In this document: one piece after another, positions 19,200-28,394 of the stretch | Layout: each line of letters opens with the position of its first letter | Position numbering within the stretch: the first letter of the stretch is position 1 | Virus record (IMG/VR): IMGVR_UViG_3300017706_002363 | Strand: one strand, 5' to 3' | Origin: an uncultured virus (IMG/VR IMGVR_UViG_3300017706_002363) | Taxonomy: Duplodnaviria; Heunggongvirae; Uroviricota; Caudoviricetes | DNA: 64,000 nt | Position numbers and translations under genes: made by a program | Notes under the pieces: model-generated | Database searches by the model: none | What the model was told of the DNA's origin: nothing | The model's input: the letters and a program-made list of their open reading frames with translations, nothing else

Positions 19200-19238
19200 T
19201 TATTTCTATATGTCAAAAAAAATTGTTATATTAGATAT

Positions 19239-20285
19239 ATGAAACAAAGTTATATAGAAATCTTAAAAACTCTTAATGAAAATGAACATAAAACTCATGA
19301 ACCAAATGATAGAATTCTTTTGGTTGATGGATTAAATACTTTCATTAGAGCATTTGCCGTTAACCCCACTACAAATGAGGACGGCATACATATTGGAGGC
19401 ATGACAGGTTTTTTGCAATCTGTTGGTTATGCAATTAAAAACATCAAACCTACAAGAGTAATTGTTTGTTTTGATGGCAAAGGTGGTTCTGCTAAAAGAC
19501 GAAAACTCTTTCCTGAGTATAAGGCAAATAGAAAAGTCAGAAAGCGATTAACCCGTCTTGACTCCTTTAATAATCAAGAAGACGAACGAGTGTCTATGAA
19601 AAATCAAATTAGTAGACTTACTCAATATCTTAGTACTTTACCGTTAACAGTACTGGCACCAGAGAATATTGAAGCTGATGATGCAATGGCTTATATTTCT
19701 CAACAAGTTTATCCTAAAAGTCAGTTTTATATTATGTCTACAGACAAAGACTTTTTACAATTGGTAGATGAACGTGTACAGGTATGGTCACCAACAAAGA
19801 AAAAGTATTATTTTAAAGATACTGTACATGAGGATTTTGAAATCCCTGCATGCAACTATTTACTATACAGGACAATGAAAGGTGACCCATCAGACAATAT
19901 TCCTGGAATCAAAGGTGTAGGTATTAAAACTTTACAAAAAAGGCTACCTATATTATTTGATGACAAAAAAATTACAATTGATGAATTTATAGAGCATGTA
20001 AAACAAAGCGACGATAATTCAAAGGTTGTAACAGAAATAAAACAAAGCGAAGATATTATTAGATTAAATTTTGACCTTATGCAGCTTGCTGATGTTGATA
20101 TACCAGGTAATACAAAATCTCATATTATGGACGTTGTAAGAGAGCCAATAAATAGATTGGTAAAATATAAGTTTCAAAAATTAATGTTAGAGGACAAAAC
20201 ATATACTGCAATTAAAAATCCTGATATGTGGTTAAAATTATGTTTCTCTCACCTAGAAGCAATGGCAATAAAAAGTTATGAGTGA
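19239..20285 (+). CDS. 5'-3' exonuclease / RNase H (flap endonuclease family)
   Basis: LLVDGLN, FDG.GG...R...PEYKANR, EADD, STDKDFLQL, GDPSDNIPGIKGVG.KT. Confidence 0.93.
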   Translation: MKQSYIEILKTLNENEHKTHEPNDRILLVDGLNTFIRAFAVNPTTNEDGIHIGGMTGFLQSVGYAIKNIKPTRVIVCFDGKGGSAKRRKLFPEYKANRKVRKRLTRLDSFNNQEDERVSMKNQISRLTQYLSTLPLTVLAPENIEADDAMAYISQQVYPKSQFYIMSTDKDFLQLVDERVQVWSPTKKKYYFKDTVHEDFEIPACNYLLYRTMKGDPSDNIPGIKGVGIKTLQKRLPILFDDKKITIDEFIEHVKQSDDNSKVVTEIKQSEDIIRLNFDLMQLADVDIPGNTKSHIMDVVREPINRLVKYKFQKLMLEDKTYTAIKNPDMWLKLCFSHLEAMAIKSYE

Positions 20286-21624
20286 TAGATTAAGCGAGTT
20301 TGGTTATACGTTTCAGATAAAAATAATTACATGTCTGTTAAAAAGTAAAGAGTTTTTACAACAGATAAATGATATATTGCATTCTGAATATTTTGAAAAT
20401 GAGTCAAATCAATTTTTGGTTGACACTATAAAAGAATATTTCATGCAATATAAATCTATGCCATCAGCTGAGGTTATGAAAGTAAAAATATCTGAAATAT
20501 CAGACGATGTACTTAAAAAAAGTGTAGTATCAAATATAAAAGATGCTTACAAATATTTAGATTCTCAAGACCTGGAATTTGTAATGGAGCAAACACTCGA
20601 CTTTTGTAAAAACAAGGTACTTAAAAATGCAATTATTGATTCTGTCGAATTACTTAAAAATGGTAAATATGATGATATAAAAAGAAAGATTGATAGTGCA
20701 ATGACAGCTGGAGCTGAAAGACATGTAGGTCACGATTATGTAGAACTTGTAGAGGAAAGATATACAGAAGCAACAAGACATATAATACCTACAGGTTGGG
20801 ATGTAATAGATAATTTAATGGACGGAGGTTTAGGAAAAGGTGAGTTAGGAGTTGTTGTTGCACCAGCTGGTATTGGTAAATCTTTCTTACTTGTTAACTT
20901 AGGCGCACAGGCAATTAAAAAAGGTTTAAATGTATTACATTATACACTAGAATTAAATGAGGCTTATGTTGGATTACGATATGATTCTGTAATTACAGGA
21001 ATAGCAAATCAAGAACTTAAGTATAATATAGAAACAGTAAAAGAGACTGTTGAAAAGATACCAGGTAATCTTATTGTAAAATACTATCCTACAAAAACTG
21101 CAGCTATTTCAACAATAATGTCACATGTAGAAAGATATAGAATATTAGGTAAAGAACCTGATTTGATTATCTTAGACTACGCTGACCTATTACGAGGCTC
21201 AGGAGGAAATAAAGATTATAGATTAGAGCTTGGTAATATTTATGAAGAATTAAGAGGTCTTGCTGGCCAAATCGATGTACCAGTATGGACAGCATCACAG
21301 GCAAACAGATCAGCACTACAGGAAGACGTAATACAGGCAGATAAAATTGCAGAATCATATTCGAAAATTATGACAGCAGATTTTGTAATGTCATTAAGTA
21401 GAAAAATCGAAGACAAGGTTGGAGGTACTGGTAGAATACATGTAATTAAAAACAGGTTTGGTCCTGATGGTATTACATTCCCTAGTCAGATCAATACAAA
21501 CAATGGTAGCTTTGATATCTTTGATGAAAATTCTGTTACGGGTAAAGAACTAAAAGTACAGATGAGCAATCACGAAGAATATACAAGAAAAGAAATGAAA
21601 AAAAGATTTGAAGAACTGGACTAG
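20278..21624 (+). CDS. Replicative DNA helicase (DnaB/gp41-like)
   Basis: Walker A APAGIGKS, YTLEL, LDYADL, WTASQANR, KNRFGPDG. Confidence 0.93.
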   Translation: MSDRLSEFGYTFQIKIITCLLKSKEFLQQINDILHSEYFENESNQFLVDTIKEYFMQYKSMPSAEVMKVKISEISDDVLKKSVVSNIKDAYKYLDSQDLEFVMEQTLDFCKNKVLKNAIIDSVELLKNGKYDDIKRKIDSAMTAGAERHVGHDYVELVEERYTEATRHIIPTGWDVIDNLMDGGLGKGELGVVVAPAGIGKSFLLVNLGAQAIKKGLNVLHYTLELNEAYVGLRYDSVITGIANQELKYNIETVKETVEKIPGNLIVKYYPTKTAAISTIMSHVERYRILGKEPDLIILDYADLLRGSGGNKDYRLELGNIYEELRGLAGQIDVPVWTASQANRSALQEDVIQADKIAESYSKIMTADFVMSLSRKIEDKVGGTGRIHVIKNRFGPDGITFPSQINTNNGSFDIFDENSVTGKELKVQMSNHEEYTRKEMKKRFEELD

Positions 21625-21709
21625 CTTAATATTTATAAGGGCCGGCCAACACCAACAGTTGGCTCATTCAGTCTAATAAGAAAAATCAAATAAAGGAAAG
21701 AAAAAGAAA

Positions 21710-23569
21710 ATGGAAATATCAAATCAAATATTATCAGAAATTACAGTTTATATGAAGTACGCAAAGTACGTACCAGAATTAAATAGAAGAGAGACATGGG
21801 AAGAATTGGTAACTCGAAACAAGGAAATGCACCAAAAGAAGTTTCCAATGTTAAAAGATGAAATAGAAGAAAAATATAAACTTGTATATGATAAAAAGAT
21901 ATTGCCTTCTATGCGTAGTTTACAGTTTGGTGGTAAGCCAATTGAAATATCTCCAAATAGAATCTATAACTGTGCTTATCTTCCTATTGACTGCGTAGAC
22001 GCGTTTAGCGAGACTATGTTTTTACTACTAGGTGGTACTGGAGTTGGATATTCAGTACAGCGTCATCATGTAAATAAATTACCAGTAATACAGAAACCCT
22101 GGCCAAAAAGAAAAAGAAGATTTTTAATCGGTGATTCTATTGAAGGATGGGCTGATGCAATCAAAGTTCTTATGAAATCTTATATGAATGGCGGTGGTAG
22201 TAAAATTGAATTTGACTATTCAGATGTAAGACCAAAAGGTGCGATGTTAGTTACATCAGGTGGTAAAGCTCCAGGACCTCAACCACTAAAAGAATGTATA
22301 CTAAAGCTGACTGGTATATTGGAGACTAAAGAGACAGGTGAAAGACTTACAACTCTAGAAGCTCATGATATTGTTTGTCATATAGCTGATGCTGTATTGG
22401 CTGGCGGTATTAGAAGAGCTGCACTTATAAGTTTGTTTAATGCTGATGATGACGAAATGATTAGCTGTAAATCAGGTAACTGGTGGGAAACTAATCCTCA
22501 GAGAGGTAGAGCAAATAATTCAGCTTGTTTAATGAGACATAAAATAACCCAAGAATTCTTTATGGACCTATGGAAAAGAGTAGAGCTTTCAGGTGCTGGC
22601 GAACCTGGTATTTATTTTAACAATGACAAAGATTGGGGAACTAATCCTTGTTGTGAAATAGCATTAAGACCAAATCAGTTTTGTAATTTATGCGAGGTAA
22701 ATGTAAGTAATATAGAGTCACAAGAAGATTTAAATGAAAGAGTAAAGGCTGCAGCTTTTGTAGGAACATTGCAGGCTGGATATACAGACTTTCATTACTT
22801 GCGAGATGTATGGAGAGAGACTACAGAAAAGGACGCACTCATTGGTGTATCAATGACAGGTATCGGTTCTGGTACAGTCTTAGGATATGATATGAAAAAA
22901 GCTGCAAGTTTAGTTAAAAGAGAAAATACTCGAGTTGCTAAAATTATAGGTATTAACAAATCAGCAAGAACGACTACAGTAAAACCTGCAGGAACAACAT
23001 CTTTAGTTTTAGGTACATCATCAGGTATTCATGCATGGCACAATGATTATTATATGAGAAGAATTAGAGTAGGTAAAAATGAATCAATATATAATTACCT
23101 AAATACAAATCACAGTGCACTTGTTGAAGATGAATATTTCAGACCGCATGACACTGCAGTAATTCAAGTTCCTCAAAAAGCACCTGTAGGTTCTATATTA
23201 AGAACAGAGTCTCCATTTGACACGTTAGAACGAGTTAAGAAAGTTGCTAGTGAATGGGTAGTACCAGGACACAGAAACGGAAGCAATACTCACAATGTAT
23301 CTGCAACAATAAGTTTAAAGCAAGATGAGTGGGATTTGGCTGGTAAATGGATGTGGGAAAATAGAAATTATTATAACGGTCTATCTGTACTACCTTATGA
23401 CGGTGGAACATATACACAAGCACCATTTGAAGATATTACAGAAAAAGAATATGACACATTAATGAAAACATTGACAGACGTAGACTTATCAAATGTAATA
23501 GAGGTAGACGACAATACAAATCTATCAGGTGAGCTTGCATGCGCTGGAGGAAGTTGTGAAATCAGTTAA
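21710..23569 (+). CDS. nrdJ: Class II (adenosylcobalamin-dependent) ribonucleotide reductase
   Basis: RRETWEE, LPSMR.LQFGG, YNCAY, GGIRRAA, TNPCCEI, CNLCE, TVKPAGT and C-terminal CAGGSCEI. Confidence 0.92.
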   Translation: MEISNQILSEITVYMKYAKYVPELNRRETWEELVTRNKEMHQKKFPMLKDEIEEKYKLVYDKKILPSMRSLQFGGKPIEISPNRIYNCAYLPIDCVDAFSETMFLLLGGTGVGYSVQRHHVNKLPVIQKPWPKRKRRFLIGDSIEGWADAIKVLMKSYMNGGGSKIEFDYSDVRPKGAMLVTSGGKAPGPQPLKECILKLTGILETKETGERLTTLEAHDIVCHIADAVLAGGIRRAALISLFNADDDEMISCKSGNWWETNPQRGRANNSACLMRHKITQEFFMDLWKRVELSGAGEPGIYFNNDKDWGTNPCCEIALRPNQFCNLCEVNVSNIESQEDLNERVKAAAFVGTLQAGYTDFHYLRDVWRETTEKDALIGVSMTGIGSGTVLGYDMKKAASLVKRENTRVAKIIGINKSARTTTVKPAGTTSLVLGTSSGIHAWHNDYYMRRIRVGKNESIYNYLNTNHSALVEDEYFRPHDTAVIQVPQKAPVGSILRTESPFDTLERVKKVASEWVVPGHRNGSNTHNVSATISLKQDEWDLAGKWMWENRNYYNGLSVLPYDGGTYTQAPFEDITEKEYDTLMKTLTDVDLSNVIEVDDNTNLSGELACAGGSCEIS

Positions 23570-23729
23570 AGACGATTGGCTTTATCAATTATGGATTCAG
23601 TATATACAAAATCAAAAAGATTTTTATTGGGAAAACGGTAAAAAGGTAATGACAGAAAAATACCACATAAAGCGTGGCTCATGTTGTGATTCAGGATGCA
23701 GACACTGTCCTTATAAAAATAAGTCTTAA
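23556..23729 (+). CDS. Small Cys-rich protein (DUF5522-like)
   Basis: FYWENGK.VMT..YHIKRG.CC.SGCRHCPY; GTG start with GGAGG SD. Confidence 0.7.
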   Translation: MKSVKDDWLYQLWIQYIQNQKDFYWENGKKVMTEKYHIKRGSCCDSGCRHCPYKNKS

Positions 23730-23786
23730 AAAATTTTTATATGTCAAAAAAAATTGTTATATTATTATAAATAAAAAAGGTTACAG

Positions 23787-24731
23787 ATGAATACAAATTA
23801 TATATTAGGAGCAGGACCAGCAGGTTTAATAGCTGCGTATTATAATGAAGACTATAAGGTTGTTGATGAAAAACCTTTAGGTCAACTCAATATGCCATTT
23901 ATACCAGGACCTAGACTTTTACAGTCAAATCAAAATATGAAATGGTTTGTTAAAGAAATTGCAAATGATTTAGAATTAAAAATCGAAAAATGTGTTATAG
24001 GTTATCATGAAAAAGAAGGTGTATACGACTCACCTGATGAAAACTTCAAGAAAAAATATAGCATGAGAACAAGAGGCAATGAAGGTGAAGGCAGCCATCT
24101 GTCAGAAGGTAAGACAGAAATTATGCATTGTGAGGTTGGTGAATTAGGTGAAGATAGTTATAAAGAAATATTTACTCGATTACTTAAGATTATAGAAGAA
24201 CGAGGCCAGTTAATAAAAACATCTGTAAAATCAATAAACACGTCAAGTAAAACAATAGAATTTACAAATGGCGTTACTGATAGCTATGATGAAATTATTT
24301 CTACGTTAAATGTTAATATATTAAGAAAAATATGTTCTAATGTAGATACTGAATGTACAGAATTAGGATTTAATTTTGAAACAACCAAAAAATCATTTTA
24401 CAAATGTAGCTATGGATATACAATACCAGAAGCTATGGACAGTAAGCATCCATCACTAACATACGACTATATATATTCAATACATGCAGACTGGACAAGA
24501 TGTACATTTTTTAAGGACTATATTGTATATGAATCAACAGAACCTATTGAAGGTGATGAGATTGAAGGAAATAAAATAGAGATGAAGTTTGAAAATCTAC
24601 CTATACAAATAAAACAAAGCTACAGAATTAATGAGATATGTGGAATTGTTTTGCTAGGAAGATTTGCAGAATGGAATCATAAAATAAAAGCTAACGAAGT
24701 ATTAGACAAGGTGAAAGAATGGATAGATTAA
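23787..24731 (+). CDS. FAD-dependent oxidoreductase (UDP-galactopyranose mutase-like superfamily)
   Basis: N-terminal ILGAGPAGLIAA Rossmann motif, YD.IIST and C-terminal LLGRFAEW.H. Confidence 0.7.
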   Translation: MNTNYILGAGPAGLIAAYYNEDYKVVDEKPLGQLNMPFIPGPRLLQSNQNMKWFVKEIANDLELKIEKCVIGYHEKEGVYDSPDENFKKKYSMRTRGNEGEGSHLSEGKTEIMHCEVGELGEDSYKEIFTRLLKIIEERGQLIKTSVKSINTSSKTIEFTNGVTDSYDEIISTLNVNILRKICSNVDTECTELGFNFETTKKSFYKCSYGYTIPEAMDSKHPSLTYDYIYSIHADWTRCTFFKDYIVYESTEPIEGDEIEGNKIEMKFENLPIQIKQSYRINEICGIVLLGRFAEWNHKIKANEVLDKVKEWID

Positions 24732-25675
24732 AAGAAGTATTTAAGATACAAAAAGATTTTACTAATAGATTTTTCGAAAAACAAGGTTTATCGTTAAATG
24801 AGGTAATGAAGGATAAGGAACTTAAGATTAAATGGAACAAGGAGTACGTTCTAGCGCTGTCTAAAGAGGTATATGAAGTCCTCGATGAAATAGATTGGAA
24901 AATGCATACATCAAAAGATTCTGAAGATATTAACGACAATGTATTAGAAGAATGCGTTGATGTTATGAAATACCTGTTTGGTATTATACAACTAAATGGA
25001 TTTAATGTAGATGATTTATATGAAAAGTTTATTGATAAGTCAAAGGTGGTTGAGGCTAAGTTTAATCAGGAAGAAGTAATGAAAAAAATAAAATCATCTG
25101 ATAAGAAAATAGCATTTATCGATATTGATGGTGTACTTGCAGACTGGCCTGGTGGATTTTTAAAATGGCTAGGTGATGAACATGGAATGAGGTTTAGTAC
25201 ACTTTCTGAGTTTAAGAGCAGTGTCGATAAAAAACAACAATATAAATTAAAATCAGAATATAGAACGTGTGGCATAAAATCAAAGCTTGATGTATTATCA
25301 GGTGTAGAAACATTTATGAAAAAAACATGTGAAAAATATAATGTTGTATTGCTTACTGCCAGGCCGTATAAAAAATACTTTAGAATATATTCAGATACAA
25401 TAAAATGGTTAGCTGATAATGACATTTGTTATGATGCAATAGTCTTTGACGAAGAAAAAGAAAAATATATTATTAACAACTTTGATACAGACAAAGTAGC
25501 TTTTTGTATTGATGATGATATACAAAATGCAAACAAACTTCATGATAGTGGATTCAAGGTATACCTAAGAAAAAACTTAGGCATATACACTGAAGAAACG
25601 CTCAAAAGAAAATTAAATGATGGAATTAAAATAATTAACGGAAATATAATAGAGGTAACATACAATGGTAATTAA
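24719..25675 (+). CDS. Fusion: dimeric all-alpha dNTP pyrophosphatase (dUTPase/dCTPase-like) + HAD 5'(3')-nucleotidase
   Basis: N-half F..QK, E..EVLDEIDWK.H, EECVDV; C-half IDIDGVLAD, LLTARP, T.KWL, IDDD. Confidence 0.8.
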   Translation: MDRLKEVFKIQKDFTNRFFEKQGLSLNEVMKDKELKIKWNKEYVLALSKEVYEVLDEIDWKMHTSKDSEDINDNVLEECVDVMKYLFGIIQLNGFNVDDLYEKFIDKSKVVEAKFNQEEVMKKIKSSDKKIAFIDIDGVLADWPGGFLKWLGDEHGMRFSTLSEFKSSVDKKQQYKLKSEYRTCGIKSKLDVLSGVETFMKKTCEKYNVVLLTARPYKKYFRIYSDTIKWLADNDICYDAIVFDEEKEKYIINNFDTDKVAFCIDDDIQNANKLHDSGFKVYLRKNLGIYTEETLKRKLNDGIKIINGNIIEVTYNGN

Positions 25676-26087
25676 TATTAAAAAATTAGACCCAGCAGCA
25701 TCAATACCTGCTTATGCTAAAATCGGCGATGCAGGAATGGACTTAACATGCGTAAGTTTTAAAATATCAGAAACATATGTAGAATACGATACAGGTTTAT
25801 CTATGGAGATACCTGAAGGACATGTTGGATTTTTATTCCCTAGAAGCTCAGTTTCAAAAACAAATTTGGTTTTAGCAAACTGTGTTGGAGTTGTTGATTC
25901 AGGTTATAGAGGTCCTGTCAAACTTAGATTTAAGGAGTTGTCAGGTCCTCCTGGTGGAAGATATAAAGTAGGTGATAGAGTAGGTCAGATAATTATTATG
26001 CCAGTACCTGCTTTTGAATTTAATGAAGTAGAAGATTTAACAAATACAGACAGAGGAGATGGAGGATTTGGTAGTACAGGAAGTTAA
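25665..26087 (+). CDS. dut: Trimeric dUTPase
   Basis: AGMDL, PRSS, GVVDSGYRG, GDRVGQ, RGDGGFGSTG. Confidence 0.96.
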   Translation: MVINIKKLDPAASIPAYAKIGDAGMDLTCVSFKISETYVEYDTGLSMEIPEGHVGFLFPRSSVSKTNLVLANCVGVVDSGYRGPVKLRFKELSGPPGGRYKVGDRVGQIIIMPVPAFEFNEVEDLTNTDRGDGGFGSTGS

Positions 26088-26418
26088 ATTAACTTATTGC
26101 TTTTACGAGAATCCTGCAGCAAAACAAGAAATTAAGTTTTGGGAATCTTTGGTTGAAGACAGTATAAAATCAAAATCGTTTATAGGTGACAACTGGGGAT
26201 ATAGGTTGGAAAAAGATGGCGAAATAGAATTTGTATGTTGTATACCACTTCAAGACTTGCACTCCAACACGGTTGTAGAAAATACTGCAAAAGATGTTTT
26301 TGAGCTTCACAAGAATAAAAACGAAATATTAAAATATCACAAAACTCTCATATTTGGCAAAGTAGAAATTGACCAAATAAGATTTATATCTACAAAAATG
26401 ATGCTATGGGAAGAATAA
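26059..26418 (+). CDS. Hypothetical protein
   Basis: ORF fills the gap in the operon; start uncertain. Confidence 0.5.
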   Translation: MEDLVVQEVKLTYCFYENPAAKQEIKFWESLVEDSIKSKSFIGDNWGYRLEKDGEIEFVCCIPLQDLHSNTVVENTAKDVFELHKNKNEILKYHKTLIFGKVEIDQIRFISTKMMLWEE

Positions 26419-26825
26419 TACACATTGACGGACCTGATAAAACAGGAAAAGACTCTATAAGGCGACAAGTTGTTAAAAACGCAAAAGGTACAACATTGGT
26501 TTATATTAGGTCTTTTTTATCACAAATTGTATATTCAAGGTTATATAACAGAAAGATTGACGAAGACTGGTTTTTTGCAAAATGGAAATTGGCATTTAAT
26601 CTTGGTGAAGAATTTTACTTTGTTGACTGTTCATATGAGCTTGTAAAAGAAAGATTTATAAAACATAATGAATCAGATTTAGATATAAAAGACTGGAAAG
26701 AACATAGGCGTGTATTTTATGAAGTACTTAAGGATGCATCTGAAATAGGAATACACCCTACAAGAATAGACACAACAAGAGATACAATAGAACAATCAGC
26801 AATTAAAATACAGGAGATATTATGA
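26406..26825 (+). CDS. dNMP/thymidylate kinase-like protein
   Basis: P-loop IIHIDGPDKTGKDS; R.FLSQIVYSRLYNR; C-terminal IDTT. Confidence 0.8.
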   Translation: MGRIIHIDGPDKTGKDSIRRQVVKNAKGTTLVYIRSFLSQIVYSRLYNRKIDEDWFFAKWKLAFNLGEEFYFVDCSYELVKERFIKHNESDLDIKDWKEHRRVFYEVLKDASEIGIHPTRIDTTRDTIEQSAIKIQEIL

Positions 26826-27886
26826 AAAAATTATTTATTACAGGAGAAAGTGGTATGTTGGCCACATCAATTATTAAAGCTTTAGAAGAAAGCGGCAATA
26901 CTAGATTCGAGGTTATGGACAACACAGACCTTGCAGAATATACAAATGATTTTAGTTATCTTAATGGAAAGCTTGTAAAACCTAAAGAGGTAGATGTCAC
27001 TGATAGAAAAGTACTTGCAAAGGTTGCAAAAAGATTGACACCAGATGATATTATTATACATACAGCTGCATATGTAAACACTGACAAATGTGATGACTTT
27101 TCATACGAGGCAGTTAATTCAAATATTATTAGTACTCAGTTCTTAATTGATATTGCAAATTCAGTAGGATGTAAACTAATTTATTTTTCTACAACTGCAG
27201 TTTTCGACCCAGATGAATATATGAAAAATAATGGTGAATTTGATGAAACTGCACCTATAGACCCTAAAACACTTTATGGTCTTTCTAAATATTCTGGCGA
27301 ACTTGCAACAAAGCAATCTATGGATTTTGAAAAAATGATGGTAATCAAACCTGTATTTATTTATGGCGACGCACCATTTGATAATTCTTCTATGATTAGA
27401 AAAATTACAGAAAAGGTATACTGTGACATGAACAAGATACCTTATACACTGTCACCTTTAAACGAACATGGTAAGCTTGATGTATTGCTTAACCCTGAAA
27501 TAGACAAAGACTATATGAGATATGAATATTTTGCAGATATGTTTTTACAATTATTGCTTATGGATAATGGATGGGGAAAGGACTTTATTATAAGTAAAGA
27601 TGCTCCAATGCCTTTTGAAAACTATCTATATTTGATAGAAGAAATAACAGGCTGCAATGATTTAACACAGCATATTAATATAATTTCTGAAGGTGATTAT
27701 CTTGCGAGACATAATGGCAAGTCAAAAAACTTTTACGATTTATATCCTCATTATAATCTTTCAGTTAACGCAATGAATTCAAGAGAAGGTATATCAAAAA
27801 CATATTTATCAATAGTAAAGCATTATGAAGAAAACAATAACAAAAATACAAAACCTGCTAAACGCACAAGACTCTTCCACATATAA
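26822..27886 (+). CDS. NAD-dependent sugar epimerase/reductase (RmlD-like SDR)
   Basis: ITGESGMLA, IIHTAAYVNTDKC, YFSTTAVFD, YGLSKYSGE. Confidence 0.85.
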   Translation: MKKLFITGESGMLATSIIKALEESGNTRFEVMDNTDLAEYTNDFSYLNGKLVKPKEVDVTDRKVLAKVAKRLTPDDIIIHTAAYVNTDKCDDFSYEAVNSNIISTQFLIDIANSVGCKLIYFSTTAVFDPDEYMKNNGEFDETAPIDPKTLYGLSKYSGELATKQSMDFEKMMVIKPVFIYGDAPFDNSSMIRKITEKVYCDMNKIPYTLSPLNEHGKLDVLLNPEIDKDYMRYEYFADMFLQLLLMDNGWGKDFIISKDAPMPFENYLYLIEEITGCNDLTQHINIISEGDYLARHNGKSKNFYDLYPHYNLSVNAMNSREGISKTYLSIVKHYEENNNKNTKPAKRTRLFHI

Positions 27887-28331
27887 GGAAATATACAATT
27901 TCAATTATGATGTCGAGGTAGACACAAGTTTTATGAACACGCCTATCCCACCTGCACTTATAGGTGACGAGGTTGAAAGAAGCGAGCTAATTAAAGATAT
28001 GGTTGGCTTGTGTATAGAAAAAGGTATCGATTCTAGACAATGCGTGCTTCATAAAAAATATCAAAATGACGAATCGTTAGCAGCATGTCTTTCTACAATA
28101 CAGGCAATATCTAGAGAAGGTAAAATAGATTTACATGTATTTGTAAGAAGTCAAAACTTTGATAGCAATTTTTGTTATGACAATCAGACATATATGATGA
28201 TTATGTGCGCATTATTAATACAGTTTCCTGAAAACAAATTTGGAAAAATATATGTTCATATTACATCTCTTCATAGATTTATGAAAAACGGCAAAAAACC
28301 TTTTACAATACTTGTTAATAACTTTTGCTAA
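27825..28331 (+). CDS. Minimal thymidylate synthase-fold protein (dCMP-modifying-like)
   Basis: DSRQCV, catalytic-Cys-like LAACLSTIQ, R.GK.DL.VFVRSQN, YD at the substrate-specificity position, HITSLH. Confidence 0.7.
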   Translation: MKKTITKIQNLLNAQDSSTYKEIYNFNYDVEVDTSFMNTPIPPALIGDEVERSELIKDMVGLCIEKGIDSRQCVLHKKYQNDESLAACLSTIQAISREGKIDLHVFVRSQNFDSNFCYDNQTYMMIMCALLIQFPENKFGKIYVHITSLHRFMKNGKKPFTILVNNFC

Positions 28332-28337
28332 AAATCC

Positions 28338-28369
28338 TTTCGTATCTCGGTAAATTTTGTTATATTAGA
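28338..28369 (+). promoter_or_regulatory. Putative early promoter of dnaE
   Basis: TTTCGTATCTCGGTAAATTTTGTTATATTAG. Confidence 0.65.
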
Positions 28370-28394
28370 TATATAATTAAAAAGGCAAAAATAT

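Noticed and set aside
21638..21709. Cobalamin riboswitch upstream of nrdJ
   Set aside because: Only a small GCCAAC/GTTGGC hairpin in a ~70-nt leader; too short and no B12 box.
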